DNA from: the human T2T-CHM13v2.0 reference genome, Homo sapiens
Assembly: GCF_009914755.1 (NCBI RefSeq)
Contig: NC_060930.1
Direction: 5' to 3' (one strand)
DNA length: 64,000 nt
The position numbers and the translations under genes are program-made. Within the stretch, counting starts at the first letter, position 1. Each line of letters starts with the position of its first letter. Positions 40,525-55,640 of this stretch are shown piece by piece. The notes under the pieces were generated by a model. The model ran no database searches and had not been told where the DNA came from. It was given only the letters and a program-made list of their open reading frames with translations.

Positions 40525-42393
40525 TCAGTCTCAGAGCATTCCAAAAAGAGAGGCTGTGCCAAAACTGAGTTCTGTGAACTCTGAATTTCCAGTGTGGTTG
40601 GTGGTGACAGGAACCTTCTAGAACAGGACCCAAAAGTACCTGCCTCGGCTGTGGGAGCCTGCCCTGGGTTTAGATAGACATGCTCCCAGAGTGATGCTGA
40701 CACATGCTTTCACCAGGCAACCTACTGACCTGTCCAAACAGAGCAGAGTGTCCCCAGCTAGGAGGGCACTGCATGGATGACGGGCAGAGGGGTATGGTCA
40801 GCACCAGCACATCTGCTGGCTTGGGGGAGAATCTGGCCCGGCAGGACACCCACTGCAGGGGCTAGTGACAGTTTTCCAGATTGTTTCCCAGGAGGTGGGC
40901 CCAGCTGAGGGGCAGAGGAGGGCTCTGTTGGTGCTGCCTCTGGGCTTGGGGGCTGTTGGGAGACAGGACAAAGGAGAGAGAGAAACACGGCTTCATGGTT
41001 CAGGACATTCATTAATAATTACCCTCATGCTTGGTGCTAGGTTTCGGATCCAATCAGGTAAAAACCGAGGGCTTGTAGGGAGGGAGGGCAGAGAAGGGTG
41101 CAGACCAGGCAATAGTCCCCGTGCAATGTCCTCTGACACGGGGCAGGGGAGCCTAGAGAGCAATGCAGCTAGAAAGGAGGCAACCCCCAGGCCAGGGTCA
41201 GGGGAGCCACCTAAACAGCCCAAGCCTACAGGAACTTTTCTACCTTGAAGCACACAGGCCCTCACAATATGCCCCAACCCCACTCAATTCATAATATGCA
41301 TTGCATGGTGATACCTTCCCACCAACCCCAAAGGCAGAAATGATGTCCAGTACTTCATTCCCACAACCCTTAATCCAGCACTGGGCATACAGCGGGCACT
41401 AAGTGTTTAATTGGCCTTATTGAACAAGTGCTTAGCTCAGAGAGGTGCAGTGACCTGGCCTAAACACACAGCAAGTCAGCAGAGCTGGCCCAGGACTCAG
41501 CTGTCTTCTAGTCTCCCAACTGTGGGTGAGTCCAACTCTCTGGGCCATGCATTTGGGTGGATTGCAGGGCTGAGGCTAGAGTCTGGAAGATGGGGGAGGT
41601 GAGGTGTTGAAAAGCTGTTAATCAGGACACCCTCCCTTTTCCTGCTAACCCGGGGGGTGCTGACAAGACACTACTGCCTCGGCTCACCCCACTTCGCCCA
41701 CTCAGCACTTATCCCCTTGGCGAGAGGCAGCCCTTCCACTCGCTGCTCTGAAGGGGGCAGGGATGCTGAGAAGAGAAGGGCACCCTTCCAAAGCTAACAC
41801 TGTCAGGATGCATTCCACTGCCCGGGAGGTGAGAATTTTATTTGAACAGGAGTGATAGGGAAGGTAGGGGATGGACGTCTTTCTCCTCCAGAGAGTCTGT
41901 GAATAGGTGCCTACCTCCATCCCGCACTGGGGGCATGAGAGGAGCAGGAACCTTGCATTAGACACAAAGGGTACCCAAGCCAAAATAAACATCCATAAAG
42001 GGCCCCGCCCTGAGGTCCTTGGCATGCTACAGAATAACCTGTTCCAAGCCATGTGGGCAAGACTAAAGCGATACCCTCCCAAGGTGCAGACCACAGTCCA
42101 GCTAGAGGTTAACCCTAGGGAAACCAAATGAGTGGATGTGACACAGCATGGGTTTAGCTGACTGGCAGGTCAGACAGAAACACAGCTAAGAGGCAATTCT
42201 ATCTCCCTTACGTGATTCCTCCTTGGGGGTTTTAGTCTCAGGGTCCCCTGACCACAAACCTGTCAAGCAGCAGGCGTTAGAAGCAGTAAACAAAAGTCAG
42301 GGGCCTCTTAGGGCTGTCAGGATAGTCGTAGGGGGAGGGGCTGGGGATTGAGTTAACAACCCCACCTCTGAGCTGTGGCAGCCACTTATATAG

Positions 42394-42896
<503 letters not shown>

Positions 42897-42974
42897 TCAA
42901 GGAGCAGCTTGTAGCCTAGCAAGATTCGAAAGACTGGCAGCAATTTAGGATACGGCAGCCTCTACTGCAACTGC

Positions 42975-43115
42975 AGAGCTCTGGCTCTGGACTCAGAGGG
43001 CCTGGGTTCAGGCCACTAACTAGCTATGTGACCTCCACTAAGTTACTTACCCTCTGCCTCAGTTGCCTTGCAAAATTAGGTTCCCCACAGTGCCTGTCAC
43101 TTATCATTGTTGGGA
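42975..43115 (+). mobile_element. MIR SINE
   Basis: GGCTCTGGACTCAGA..GCCTGGGTTCA...TAGCTATGTGACCT...AAGTTACTTACCCTCTGCCTCAGTT. Confidence 0.7.
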
Positions 43116-43257
43116 AGTCGACATGATGTAGGCCACGGCAGCTCCCGTTACGGCTGTCATGCGGGGCTGGTGTGACTATCCTTGCTACCACCTCCCAAAG
43201 TCCTTTCTGTCATCAGTGGATACGAACGTTGAGTTCTTTGTAAAAGTTGAAACTCAC

Positions 43258-43671
<414 letters not shown>

Positions 43672-44479
43672 TCAACGGCAGGGGTCCAGAAAGGCGAGAT
43701 CACACAAGCAGCAGAGTCCAAATCACTCAGGGCCACAGCCAGGGCTTTGGCTTAGTCTAAGGGCAAAGGAGGAGATGCTGGCGGGTCTTCTGAGTTTTGA
43801 GATCACGATCTCACTGTCAGGATCCTTGACTGCTGGAGCAGTGATCTGATGGGAGCCCTACTAGGACACGTGGCAATCCCCTTTCAGCTCATCTCTTCTT
43901 TGGGGCACTGCTTCCAAGAAGCCTTCCCTAATTGCCCCCACTTAGCTCTAATTGCTCTTTTATTGTACTTCCCCCACCCCTGGTGAGCAGAGTAACCTTG
44001 GGCAAGTTACATAACCTCCAAAGGTCTGGGCCTTGACTCAGGAGGCTGGAGGCCAGTTAAATAACCACTAAGCTCCCTCCAGCCTCACATTTTATGATTT
44101 GCCGCCACGAGAAATGCCCAGAGCGTGAGCCACCCCCTGCCAACCTCCAAGACAGGCTGGAGAAACCAGCCAACAGCTCCTTGGGCGCAGACGCAGGAGG
44201 AGCAAAGTCCAGGGCTGGAGAGACTCCCTGGGGAGCAGGGAGGCATCAGATCCTTTCTGCCTGAGGCCCTGGCTGGCCCAGAAAAACATCCTCCTTTCCC
44301 AGCCTGGGGTTCAACACAATTTCAACTTTTGCCTCTTATCTGGAAAACTAGTGGGAGGAGAAGCTGGTGCTCAAGATCACAGGAACGGGTGTGTTGGGGC
44401 AGGTTAGGAAATCAGGTAGGTCAGTTTAGTGTAAGTAGAAGGAGTCTGCACCCCAAAATACCATCAAGAGCTTTTTTGA

Positions 44480-44788
<309 letters not shown>

Positions 44789-45920
44789 TATGGGCCATTT
44801 TAAAAGGGATTAGAAATAAAGTGAGAATGACCCAGAGAAGAAAGGCCTGGATCTGGGTAGGCCGTGTTGTTAGAGTAATCTGAACTTGGTTCTAGAGACT
44901 GTTCTGCCCCCAGCTAATCCTCACCAGGCCTTGGTGTCCCCATCTAGTGAATGGGATGGCATCCATTTGGCTGCCAGACCTCCCAGAGTCAGGCCCACAA
45001 AAGTCATAGAAGGGAGGTCTCAGAAGAATGGGTCCGCAGAGACCCATGGTAAGGGCAGGTTGGGATGCACACGAGCACAGTCTGTGTAGCTGCAAGCCTC
45101 TTAGAGGACTGGGTGGTGTACCTGGTGCTGCTGGCAACACCCTGCAAATACTTCTGCTCCTTCCCCCTGGAGTGGTGCAGGCTCCAGTCATGCCAAAGGT
45201 GCCCCCAGCTAGGGAACTGCCCTTCTCCACTGCAAACAGTGTGGGCCTCCCCGCCAACTGCACTTCTCAGAAGCCTCTGAAAATTAAAGAAGTCTTCACA
45301 AGGAAGGGTCAAGGGGATGTTTTTCTCCTGCCCCAGCTCGTCCAACTTGCCCTCTTGGTTTCCACAGAGAGGCAGGGACCAGGGCTGATTCTCTTGCAGC
45401 AGTCCTTGAACAGGTCTGGACACACAGTATGTGCTTAGTAAAATATCTGCTGAATGAGGAGCTGGATGGTTTGCTCTGTCTCAAGTTCCTTGAAAGCAAA
45501 AACCACGGCTGCCCTCCAGCACCAAGGGCAGACCTGCTCAGTGTACTCTTGCTGACCTCTGCTGCCTGGGCCTTATTTCACAGGGGAAAGGAATTCGGGA
45601 AAAGTTGATGGAACAAGGGATGGGGGATAGGGGAAGAAGAAGAGGGGGCTCCTGGAGATAAACAGACTCAGGCAGGGAGAGCAGTTTATTCTGTAAAGTC
45701 CCTCCCTCAAAGGGGAGAGGATAACAATAAGCTGGTCTTGAAGGCTGCCTCGAGCTGGAAGCTGCACTGAGTGAGCTTTACAGGCATTTCCTCTTGCGAG
45801 GGGGGTATAATCAGTTCCATTTTCAGATGATGCAATGTGCTCAAGGCCTCACAATTTGTAAAGGCAGAGAGGTGGTATTAAATCCCAGGTGTGACTTGAA
45901 TACCTGTCCTTAACCAGGTT

Positions 45921-45985
45921 CCACTCCAGCCTGGGCAACAGAGTGAGACTCTGTTTCAAAAAATAATAATAATAAAAATAAAATA
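45921..45985 (+). mobile_element. Alu 3' fragment
   Basis: CCACTCCAGCCTGGGCAACAGAGTGAGACTCTGTTTCAAAAAATAATAAT. Confidence 0.85.
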
Positions 45986-47662
45986 ATGGCACCCCTACCC
46001 CTTCCATGACTTAGAGCCTGTGAGACCAAGGACCAGAGTCTGGGCCTGGGGCACCTGGCTTCATTCACTCTGCTGTGACCTTGCAAGAGGCTTGGCTGCA
46101 CTGACTAGACTTCCAACCAAAAGGGCCACACAGCTTTTGGCATCCCCCTGAGCTGAGCACAGTGCTGGGCAGACGGACACAACAAACTGAGCAAGACTGA
46201 AATCCACACACTCACTGAGCATCCTGAGAGCTAGGCCTGGCAACACAGGCCCAGGGCTGGGAAGACATGGCCACTGCCCACGAAGGTTGCAAATGGTCTA
46301 GCTGGACCTAACTAGCACTCCAAGCCTTTCTGAATGAATGGACGAGTCCAGAGAGGGAAAATATGGCCAGGGGCACACAGCATAAACCGGAGTACAGGTA
46401 AAAGTAGAACACAGGTTAGAATCAGTTTTCTGCTACACAGTAGTTCAGATGAGGGTTCCTCATCCCTAGCCCCAAGCACAGAAGCACTCAGACAAATGGA
46501 AGGGGGCTCTGCTGTGTCCTCCCCACCCAATGTGGCCAACAAGGCCCCTGGCAGCCCTGCAGGACTGGAGACTACACCGTTGAACAAAGGGGGTCCTGCT
46601 ACCAGCTGCACAGCTTCTCTCCCAGACTCAGGGGGCAAGCATCCCCGCTCATAGCAGGGGCCCAGCTAAGCAGCTGCAGCCAGATTACAGTGGGGCACGG
46701 GAGGTGACAACAGCCAGAAGTACACAGCCCTGCCTAAATATTTCAGCAGGAAACCCAAATATTTAGATGGAGGAGAGGAAAAAGAATGCACATTTCAAAG
46801 CCAATCAAAGATGAGAGGGGAGGTGGGTGGTGTCTGCCTCGAGTGAGGGCCCAGCTCTGATCCCAGACCCTGGGTAACCATCATCCCAGGAGAATACCCA
46901 TGAGACCATCTGGACGCAGGAATTCTCCAGAAAATTTTTAACCAAGGCCTGGGACAAGCCAGGACTGAGCAGAGCCCTGCTAGAAGAGAGAAAGAAGGAA
47001 ACCGTCCCTATTTTTAGGTGTTGACCATCAACTGTTTTAGGTGGTTAATTTGCAGGACACAGAAAACAGTGGGTGACTGACTCCAGTAGGAGAAACTTGA
47101 TGGGTTTTATCATGTTCCCTTGTCCCCATCTCCAGATTAGGAGCTCACTGCATGATGGGTCCTGCAGGGTGGTGTCAGGGACAGAGTACACAGAGGAACT
47201 GGGTACAGGAACAGCAGTTAATACGTAGCCAGTCACCTGTTACATGTGCCAAACACACTAACATGTTAACATAGACCCTATGGGCATGACGGACATACCG
47301 TACTATTATCCCATTTTGCAGATGAGATGACTAGCTCAATGAAGTCACACAGCTCAGTATCCTGAACTCTTAGCCCCATGCACCCTAAGACTCTGAGGAC
47401 ACCACATATGCCCTGCACTTTCTCGCCTCTATGCTTTGCTCCCTGCTTTGCCCCACCTTCAAGGTAGCCTCACATAGAAGAGAATAGTTCACAGTGTGAG
47501 CTCTGGGTTCAAAACCTCATCCTTCCACTTCCTAGCTACATAGCCTCAGACAAGTTATTCAATCTCTATGGTCCATTCTGTTGCTTCTACTGTGAGGTCG
47601 AGCTGATCACAGAATTTACTGCAGAGGGTGGCTGCCATGATTCAGTGAGATGATGCACATCA

Positions 47663-47700
47663 GTGGCTCCCACAGCCTGTGGCCCCCACAGCCTGTGGCC
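47663..47700. repeat. 16-bp tandem duplication in a MIR 3' remnant
   Basis: GTGGCTCCCACAGCCT GTGGCCCCCACAGCCT GTGGCC. Confidence 0.8.
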
Positions 47701-49096
47701 AAGTAAGTGCTTGTAACTATTGGTTGCCCAAGCCTGTCACTCCCAGCCCCCGACTCCACCTCCACTTATGGACAAGACCGAAGCTTCCAAGTCAACAAGA
47801 GGGATTCAATCTCAGTCCTCTATCCAACAGTGTAGACCTAGGCAAGTCACCTGGCCTCTGGTTTCCTGTCCAATGGGAATAGCAATACCTAGCCCACAAA
47901 ACTGGTTCAAGGAGACACAGGTAACATCCCAGCCCAATGTCTGGCACCTGGTAGGCACTCCACAGAATGCTCACAGGGCTACTGCCCATGCCACTCACCC
48001 TCCAAGCCTGCCTTCTTCTAAGTGCAGAAGTAAAAATTCATCTCTCGCCCTGGTGCACACCTGGAGTCCCCAGGTGCACTTACCAACATCAATCTGGTAG
48101 CAGCTCCTTACTATTCTTCCTCCAGGTTAGGGGCCCCCTGAGGGCAGGGGCTGTGTTTTGTTTGGAGCCAGGTCTTCCACAGGCCAAGGAGTTTGGCTAC
48201 AGGCCTCAGAAAACAGAAAATGAATCCCCCCAGCCCCTTCAACATTTGCCCATCTCTCCAGCCTCTTCCATCTACAACCCACCACTGAGCACTTTGGACT
48301 GTATTTCCTCTCATTTCACCACTGCGGCCCAATTATCTTTCCTCAGCTGCACTGATCTCCAGAGGGTTAAAGACTCTCCAATATCTGAGGTTTCATCAAG
48401 CACAGAAAGGATAGCCAGTAGGGAGGGCCCGTTCTGTGTTTCCAACTCCACTGTATCCAGGTCTCTGAGGTTCAGAGATTGGGATAACTGCTCACCAGAA
48501 GCCTAGAGGCCTTAGGCAGCTGAACAGAGCTACAACTGGAGCACACCACCCCCACTTCTACATAAAGGGATAGCGAAGATGCAATCTGGGAAGGTCACCA
48601 AACGGGAGACGGAATGTCTTTGGCTGGGCCAGGGACCCAGACCTGGACCTAAGGGGCTCGTAGTAGGAAAAGAACTAGAGTGTGAAGGTCAGTGGGTTTT
48701 TCTGGGGGCTGTAGGCAATATGAGCTTTCTGGGAAAACCCACACTACATCACATCAGCAGGAGAAAGGAAGGAGGGGGTGTCCTTATCAGAACACCCACA
48801 GAGTGAAGGGATCAGCCCACAGAAATGTCGTTATTTTAGAGTAGAATGTTCCACTTCTTTTAAGCTGTAAATGGCTGTGGAGGAAACTTTCTGAAATGTT
48901 GTTCCCTCCCCTACTTGAAAATTGCAAAAAATTGATGGAGTTCAAATTCCTTGGCAACCCAGAAGAGCTTAGTCATGTGACTCTCACCTCCCTGGCCTGT
49001 GGCTACAGCCTGTTGGGTCCATCCTGCAGAACACCTCCCCAAGGGCTATGGGCAAGAGACAGCCACCATCCCCATCCCTTTTCTAGTTCTTTAGAA

Positions 49097-49472
49097 GTTT
49101 GGTTGATACACACCCAGAAGTAGGAGCACTGCATCACTCAGTAGTTCTATTTTTAATTGAGGAAACTCCATACTATTTTTCACAGTGGTTGTACCACTGT
49201 ACAAAGCAAAAGAAATACTATATGACTCCACTTAGGAGACATCTAAAGTAGTTAAGTTCACAGAAACAGAAAGGAGAATGGTGGTTCCCAGGGGCTGGGT
49301 AGAGAGGGAGAAGAATTGTTGTTGAAGGGGGTATAATTTCAGTTTTGCAAAATGAAAAAGCTCTGGAGATCTGTTTCATAATGGTAAATATACTTAACAC
49401 TACTGAGCTGGGCTTTTAAACGTGGCTAAAATGGTAAATTATATGTTTCTGTGTTTTTTGCGTTTAAAAAAT
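49097..49472 (+). mobile_element. L1M(B)-type 3' end with an inverted 5' segment (49097-49202 minus, 49203-49472 plus)
   Basis: Antisense ACCCAGAAGTAGG...GTAGTTCTATTTTTAATTGAGGAAACTCCATACT joined to sense AAATACTATATGACTCCACTT...GAAACAGAAAGGAGAATGGTGGTT. Confidence 0.7.
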
Positions 49473-51307
49473 TCAGTTGACGTTCTCTCTGTTCTAGGAA
49501 GACCTTCCTGATTCTTTGTAATACCAATTAGATTCCCACCACACCTGTGCAGGGACCGCTCCATTGCAGCATAGGAATATCTGGGCGTAGCAGAAATGGC
49601 AGCTAACACTTAGTGAGCATTTACGATGTGCCATACACTATTCTAAGCAAACTATGGTGTGGCTTCAGAGGCCACTCCCACAACCATCAGACATACTGCT
49701 TGGTTGGTGATTCCTTCAGCAACACCACCAAGGCCCCGCAGTGGCAGCTGGACAAAGATCCCTACTGAGGGCAGCACATCCTCTCTCTATGTACAGCCAT
49801 ACTTGGGAAGAACTGAACAGGCAAGGGTTCCTCTGCGTTATTCCAGAGGTCCCTGGGGACTCAATGAAATCTCAAAGAGATTCGCTTCCATCTTCTCCAC
49901 TCCCTACAAGGAATATTGGAAGGAGGCAAACCTATTTCATGTGCTTTCCTATGGTCTCCTACCTCACTTCTCTGTACCACCCCAGTTCTGGCCAACTGGT
50001 TCTTGCAGCACCATGCAAATACAGCATTCCAATTTGGACAAAGACTGTCTTGGAGGCTCCACTCAGGGGCCTGGCTCCTCTGCTCCCCAAAACCTTGCAC
50101 TTCTCTCCCTCCTCCCACCACCACCAACCACACACACAGTTCAGAGGCTGAGCCCAATCTGCCAGCAAACAGCCAAGTTCAAGATGAAAGCCTTTGGCCC
50201 GAGGTCAGGGCCAGCCAAGCACAGCATCCAAAACCGGGGGATTTTGTTTCTTCTAAACGCCAGACTATAAATAGGGCAAAACCCCAGGAAAATATTTAAA
50301 AGCAACAATCATCACCTCCTTTGCATCCCCCACCCCCACTGGAAACTTTCAACACTTGCTAATTTCTACCCTCAATAATTCTCTATTACTGTGCCATCTG
50401 TAATCATCCTAAGGGTTCTAGTAAAACGCTCAAAGCAATGTAATAAACATTTACTTTCACTGTTAAAAAACTCTAACCAGAGCAGTTAACTAAGGCAGAC
50501 TAAGGCTTTTTTTTTTTTTTGGCTACCCTCAACTTTTGAGTGGAACATAAATAAGAAACAAGCCATTAGGAAGGGACCTCTTCAATTTCCTCTCAAAAAA
50601 CCAGCTTATCCACTTTCCACTTCTGCAGTCCTAGCCAGTAAGAACTCAAGCTCGGACCCAAGGCTGTGGAGGCCTCCAAGATCCTCCATAACCAAAAGAG
50701 CTATTGTGTTCCTTTTACTTACAAAGGCGGTTAAGTGGACCAGTGCATTTCACAATTTCCAACAAGGCCTGAGACAAAGAGGGTGTTTATATTAACCCTC
50801 AACTTTCCAAAAAATTCAATGTACCCCATTCTAAGCATTTTGGCCACATGTAATTTTGTCATATATTTCATGGTTTTATTTTTCAAATCTGGGGAGCAGG
50901 ATTGGTGTTAAAAGAGTGCCAGAACCTCAAAATTGGAACTAGCCTTACTACTTTGGACTGGAGTGTGTATAGACCAGTCCAAAGGGTCCAGAAAATGAAA
51001 GGAGGTACACATGGAAAACCTTAGAACACAAGAAAGCACTTTGGAGCTTAGGAAGGAAGGAGGCCAGTGGGATCCAAGAGGCTTCCGGGAACAGGTCAGC
51101 TATATGAGCAGTCAAGCAAAACCTGGACTTTGGTCTGGGATGCTAGACAGAGGGCAGGACCTAGGGCAACCCTGCTCCACCCTCAGGAGACAAGGGACTC
51201 TCTAGAGCCACAGCAAGAAACCTGCAGTCTGCCTTCCCCAGGCTAGGAGAAAGGGCCACTCTCCATCTTCTGTTAGGAGTCTCTTCTCCCTTCCTTTACC
51301 AGTTAGG

Positions 51308-51425
51308 TTTTTTTTTTTCTTTAATCTTTTTTTTCTTTTTTTGAGACAAGCTCTTGCTCTGTTGCCCAGGCTGGAGTGCAGTGGCGCAATCCAGGCTAAC
51401 TGCAGCTTTGACCTCCCAGGTTCCC
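51308..51425 (-). mobile_element. Alu right-arm fragment (FRAM/AluJ-like)
   Basis: T-tail, TTGAGACAAG...GTTGCCCAGGCTGGAGTGCAGTGGCGCAATC. Confidence 0.85.
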
Positions 51426-54400
51426 AGCTGTTCTTTCTAATCCAAGACCCCACTCTGGCTTGAGGTCATCTCCTGAGAGCCCTCCCTGACCCCTCAGGCT
51501 GGACCAGACCCTCGTTAAGCGACCTCCTGAAAACCTCTTCTGTAGCCCACACCCACTGTCTTGTTCCCAGTGGGTTTATGTATCCTTTTCTCCAGCAGCT
51601 CGGAGCGTAGCCTAATTCTTTGTATCCTGAGAGTCTTGCCCAGTGTCTGGCACATGGTGGATACTTAATAAATGCTTGCTAATTTCCATGTACTTTGAAA
51701 CATGAAACTTAGATGTGAAAACTGACTCCGCTCTATGTGATCCCAGACAAGTTACACTGGCTTTTCCCCTAATTTTCCTCATTTATGAGGTGGCCTGCAA
51801 GATTAAATTAAAATAAGAATGTATATAAAGTGCTTATTCAAAGTGGTCTGGTGCACGGTGGGCTCTCAAATCCTTCCTGTTTCTGATCACTGCCCACCAG
51901 AGGCAGAAGGTTGAGAAGGGCTGTCCTTCCTCCCCTTCAATCACACCCCCACTGTTTTTGGTGGGACAGGGGTTGGGGACTTCCAAAATGAGAAGCGCAG
52001 AGGGGTGGACTGATGTATTACTTCAGTAACAGAGGTGCTGGGTCAGCCAGGCAACAACACAGGAGACGCCTGTATGCCATTACCTGTGCTAGGGGAAATA
52101 GAAAATAGAATTTTCCAGCAGATCAGGGTCCAGCTGAACCAATTTCCTAAGCTCAGTTACAGAGCAACAATCTTCACAGGCCCAAGAGGGAGGTGCAAGC
52201 TCCTGGGGCAGACTGCCTGGTCATTGCCCCTCCCCGTCCCGCCCCATAGGCTGTGCCTCCTGTGGTGTCCCTGTGGCCATTGTATCTTCTCTGGGCTTCA
52301 GCTTGCTTACTTGAATACATACTGTAAAGAGTACCTGAAATAAGGCAGGTAGGTAAAGCTGCCTTCCTCAATAAATGCTAAGGTCAGGAGACCTGTTCAC
52401 TTTTTATAGACATCTTGCCTAATGTTTCTACTCTATTGGAGCCTCACCAAACACTCATTTTGCAGATGAGGAAAGGAAGGCAAAGTTAAGTTACATGGCT
52501 TGATGGGTAAATGGCCGAGCCAGATGGCAAAACCAGCCTGTGCCCTCTCTCATAAAATGAGGATAATAGCACCCACAATGCCCAACACAGAGTAGGTGTG
52601 CTGTAAATGTTAACTTCCCTTGTGTGAGTCTGCAATTTAGGAAGAGGTTGGGAGAATGAGTCACCAAAGATCTTGCTTGAGAGCAAGGGTTCAAGATGGT
52701 TCTGAAGACAGGAAAGAGGACGATCACGTGGTCCCAGGCTGGCGGGTCACTGAGCACTTGAAAGTCAGCCTGCACCTCACTTCAACCACAGCGGAGGGAA
52801 GGAAGTATCTGACAATTCGGGGGGTATTTCTAAAGAAAGTTGACTTAACTCCCTTTCTCACACATTTGAAAGAGCACACACAACTTTCAGGGTAAGAGAA
52901 ACCCCAACTCAGACTGCACCCCATCTCTTCCAACAATCTTTGTCCCACCCCTGGTTGTACCCCAGGAATTCCTAGCTAGGGGCTCCTTCATGATTCCAAG
53001 GTGATTGAGAACCAGCTAAAACACAGAGCGTCAGGTGGAAAATGCCCAAGCAGCCAGATGGGAAAGAAGATTTTTGAGTTTTCATTTTTCCTTAAACCAA
53101 TATCCTGAGGCCTGAGGCAGTACCCCAAGTCACAAGAAAGCAGAGCAAGGCAGATTTCTGCAGATTAAAACTGATGCCAGCAAATGCTTCTACTTGTCCA
53201 TTTTCATTTCTTGGGGTTTTTCCTATGACGGGAAGGGACTCGCCCAGTTGGGGTTGGTTTGGGAGTTTCTTTGGCCGGGGATGAGGACAGGGCTGTCCTT
53301 GTTCAAGAACTTATCTATAATAGCCTCCAAAGCAGACTGGCTTGATGCCCAAGTCCTTTTTCTAAAAATTACCTGCCCATTACTTTTTTTTGGTAGGGGG
53401 GTAAATGTTGACAGATTTAACAGGACTGCTAAATAAGAGGCATTTTGTTTGTTCAAATACCTTAAGAAGCCGTCTAGCCTCCAAAGCTATGACCACCAGC
53501 TGCACCCGGCTGCCTAACCCCTGGACCCCGCCCCCCCCGCCGTATGCCCCGCCAGCCTTTCCCTTTGCCTTGTGTTTTGAAGTTTATTTTCCCACATTTA
53601 GCCTTGAATTCTTTCCTTCCTTCCCCTGCAGTGTTGGAGCAACAGCTTAGAGGGAAACACTTCGAGGGCAGCTCAAGGCTTTATCATCCTTGCCTGCCCT
53701 CTTCCCCCTCTAAACAAAGCCCTGGAACAAACTAAACAAAAACTTGTTCTCTAGAGGAATTGTTTCCTCAAGGGAAATCATAAAGCAACCCCCTCCCCAC
53801 AACACACCCCCCAGGGTAGACGCCCATCAGAAGGAAGCCATGTAGACTCTTCATGCCAGGACTCTTGCTGTTAGGAGGTAAACCAACCAACCATCTACTG
53901 AAGCTTATCCTCCCCACCATCACCTCCCATCTGCCTCTACCCGGGAAACTGCTACAGGGCAAGAGACTCTCCACTAAAATCCAACACTAAGCCTGCTAGA
54001 CTAAACCTCCCCTTCTACAGGACCCCTTGGAGGACAAGTCTCCCCACACACGGCTGCCAGCAAATACGTATATGCTTATCTGTGTGATGTCCATCAATCT
54101 GGGGACAAGATTTTGATGTTTTCCAAATGCTTCCAACCTAACAGTCCGTGGCAGAAATAAGGAATGAGGATGGGCTCATTCCCGTTTCTCACATGGGGAA
54201 ACGGAGGCTGGAAAATGAGCGACGACTAGATAGGCATAAAGTATTGAGGTGCTGCTGTAGACTAAACGTTGCTTCTCATCAGACCTCCTTTCTGGCATCT
54301 TTCACCCTGAGAGCAAGGTAACACCCTGGACAATCTACCCCTACTCCCTACCTGCTGCAATCTAGAACTTTCACCCAGGTCCTGGTCATTCCACTGGGGG

Positions 54401-55345
54401 AGCAGGCCAAGAAGAGTTGATGGTTGAAGCTGAGCCCTCGAGAAACTGGGGTAGAGGGCCTCGGTCCCCAAATTGGCCCCAAGGTCTCAGCCAGGATAGG
54501 CAGCCCGTTTATCCAAAGTGAGGTCAATGCCACCCATCGGGCTGTGCACCAGAAAATAAGCGGTTCCCAATGTCAGCACGGAGGGAAGTCCCCCACCCAC
54601 CCCAATTCCGCACACACTCTCCTCCCCCATCATAAAGGGACTACGCGGGTATTATTCGTTTGTGCAACCTGCTACTTTCACAAAGTTTTACTCCAAGCCC
54701 TTGAAGGATGTCTCCGCGAGATAAGCCTTCCCGGAAGCCTGAGCGCGTCCCCAGCATTCCAGGCACCAGCCCTCATCCCGTGGGTTCAGGCCCCACAGAG
54801 CCTCCAGCTCCTCTCCGGAACTCTGCTGGGGGCGGAAGATTTTGCCCAGGCTCGGGCTGAGGGACCCTCCCGCCACTCTGCCGGGTTCACGTTCCTTAAG
54901 AAAAGCCTGGCAGGCGTGGCACTGGCCCTGGAGCGGGGAGGTGGAGACACGAGGGGATGGCACCAGGCTTGGCTCCCAGACTCCGGGAGCGTCTCCAGGG
55001 AAAGATAAACGCCTTTATCCGTCCCACAGCCTCTTCCCAAGGAGGGAGGTACCGTCACACCCACACTGAAACACCGTGGAGCCTAGTTCACCCGGGAATC
55101 AACTCCAATTTGTCTCCGGCCAAACTAAGTTCCAAAGAGTCTCCGCGCCTGGGGGACCCCTGTGTCCCTCGGGTGAGCGACAGATCCTCGAAGCCTGACC
55201 CATGATGAGACACGCTCTCTCATCACCCCCTGGACCTTCCACAGGGACTGAGGGTCACCCAAAGCTGTGAAGGGGTCTTCCTTTCAGCGCCCCCTAAAGC
55301 TCAAGCCAGCTTCAGATGTATATGGGGGTACAGGCGGCGACTGAC

Positions 55346-55531
55346 CTCTAGGATCTTGTCCAGGCCCTCCTGACCCAGGCACGGGAACTCCTTGAGCAGA
55401 TGCAGCTTCTGTGTGTAGTAGTTTTTCTTGGCCTCCTTCCAGTGTGGCTCCTCCAGCACTTCGAAGATCGCCGCCCCGATGGCCAGGTAGAAGATGATGG
55501 CCGAGGTGAGCAGAGGGCCCCGGTCCACCAT
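55346..55531 (-). CDS. KCNK5: KCNK5 exon 1 coding part (aa 1-62: TM1 and cap helix, Cys51)
   Basis: MVDRGPLLTSAIIFYLAIGAAIFEVLEEPHWKEAKKNYYTQKLHLLKEFPCLGQEGLDKILE; Kozak gagccATGG; donor GAG|GTCAGT; 186 nt. Confidence 0.98.
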
Positions 55532-55580
55532 GGCTCCCGAGCGGCCGCCTCCTAGAGAAAGCCTCTCCTAGCCCCAGCTG

Positions 55581-55640
55581 CTACCAGTCCGCCCGCCCTC
55601 CAGCCTCTGAAAACAGCTGTTTGAATTTGGAGCTCCGCAT
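55581..55640 (-). other. Upstream ORF in KCNK5 5'UTR (19 aa, MRSSKFKQLFSEAGGRADW*)
   Basis: Only AUG in the 5'UTR; weak context tgcgcATGc; stops 49 nt before the main ATG; translation unverified. Confidence 0.55.

Noticed and set aside
49659-50270. 203-aa antisense ORF containing YWKEA, reminiscent of KCNK5 HWKEA
   Set aside because: GTG start; similarity limited to 4 residues; no TM or pore motifs; chance.
54424-55008. 194-aa antisense ORF and overlapping ORFs near the promoter
   Set aside because: Expected stop-poor frames in CpG-island DNA; non-ATG start and no domain.
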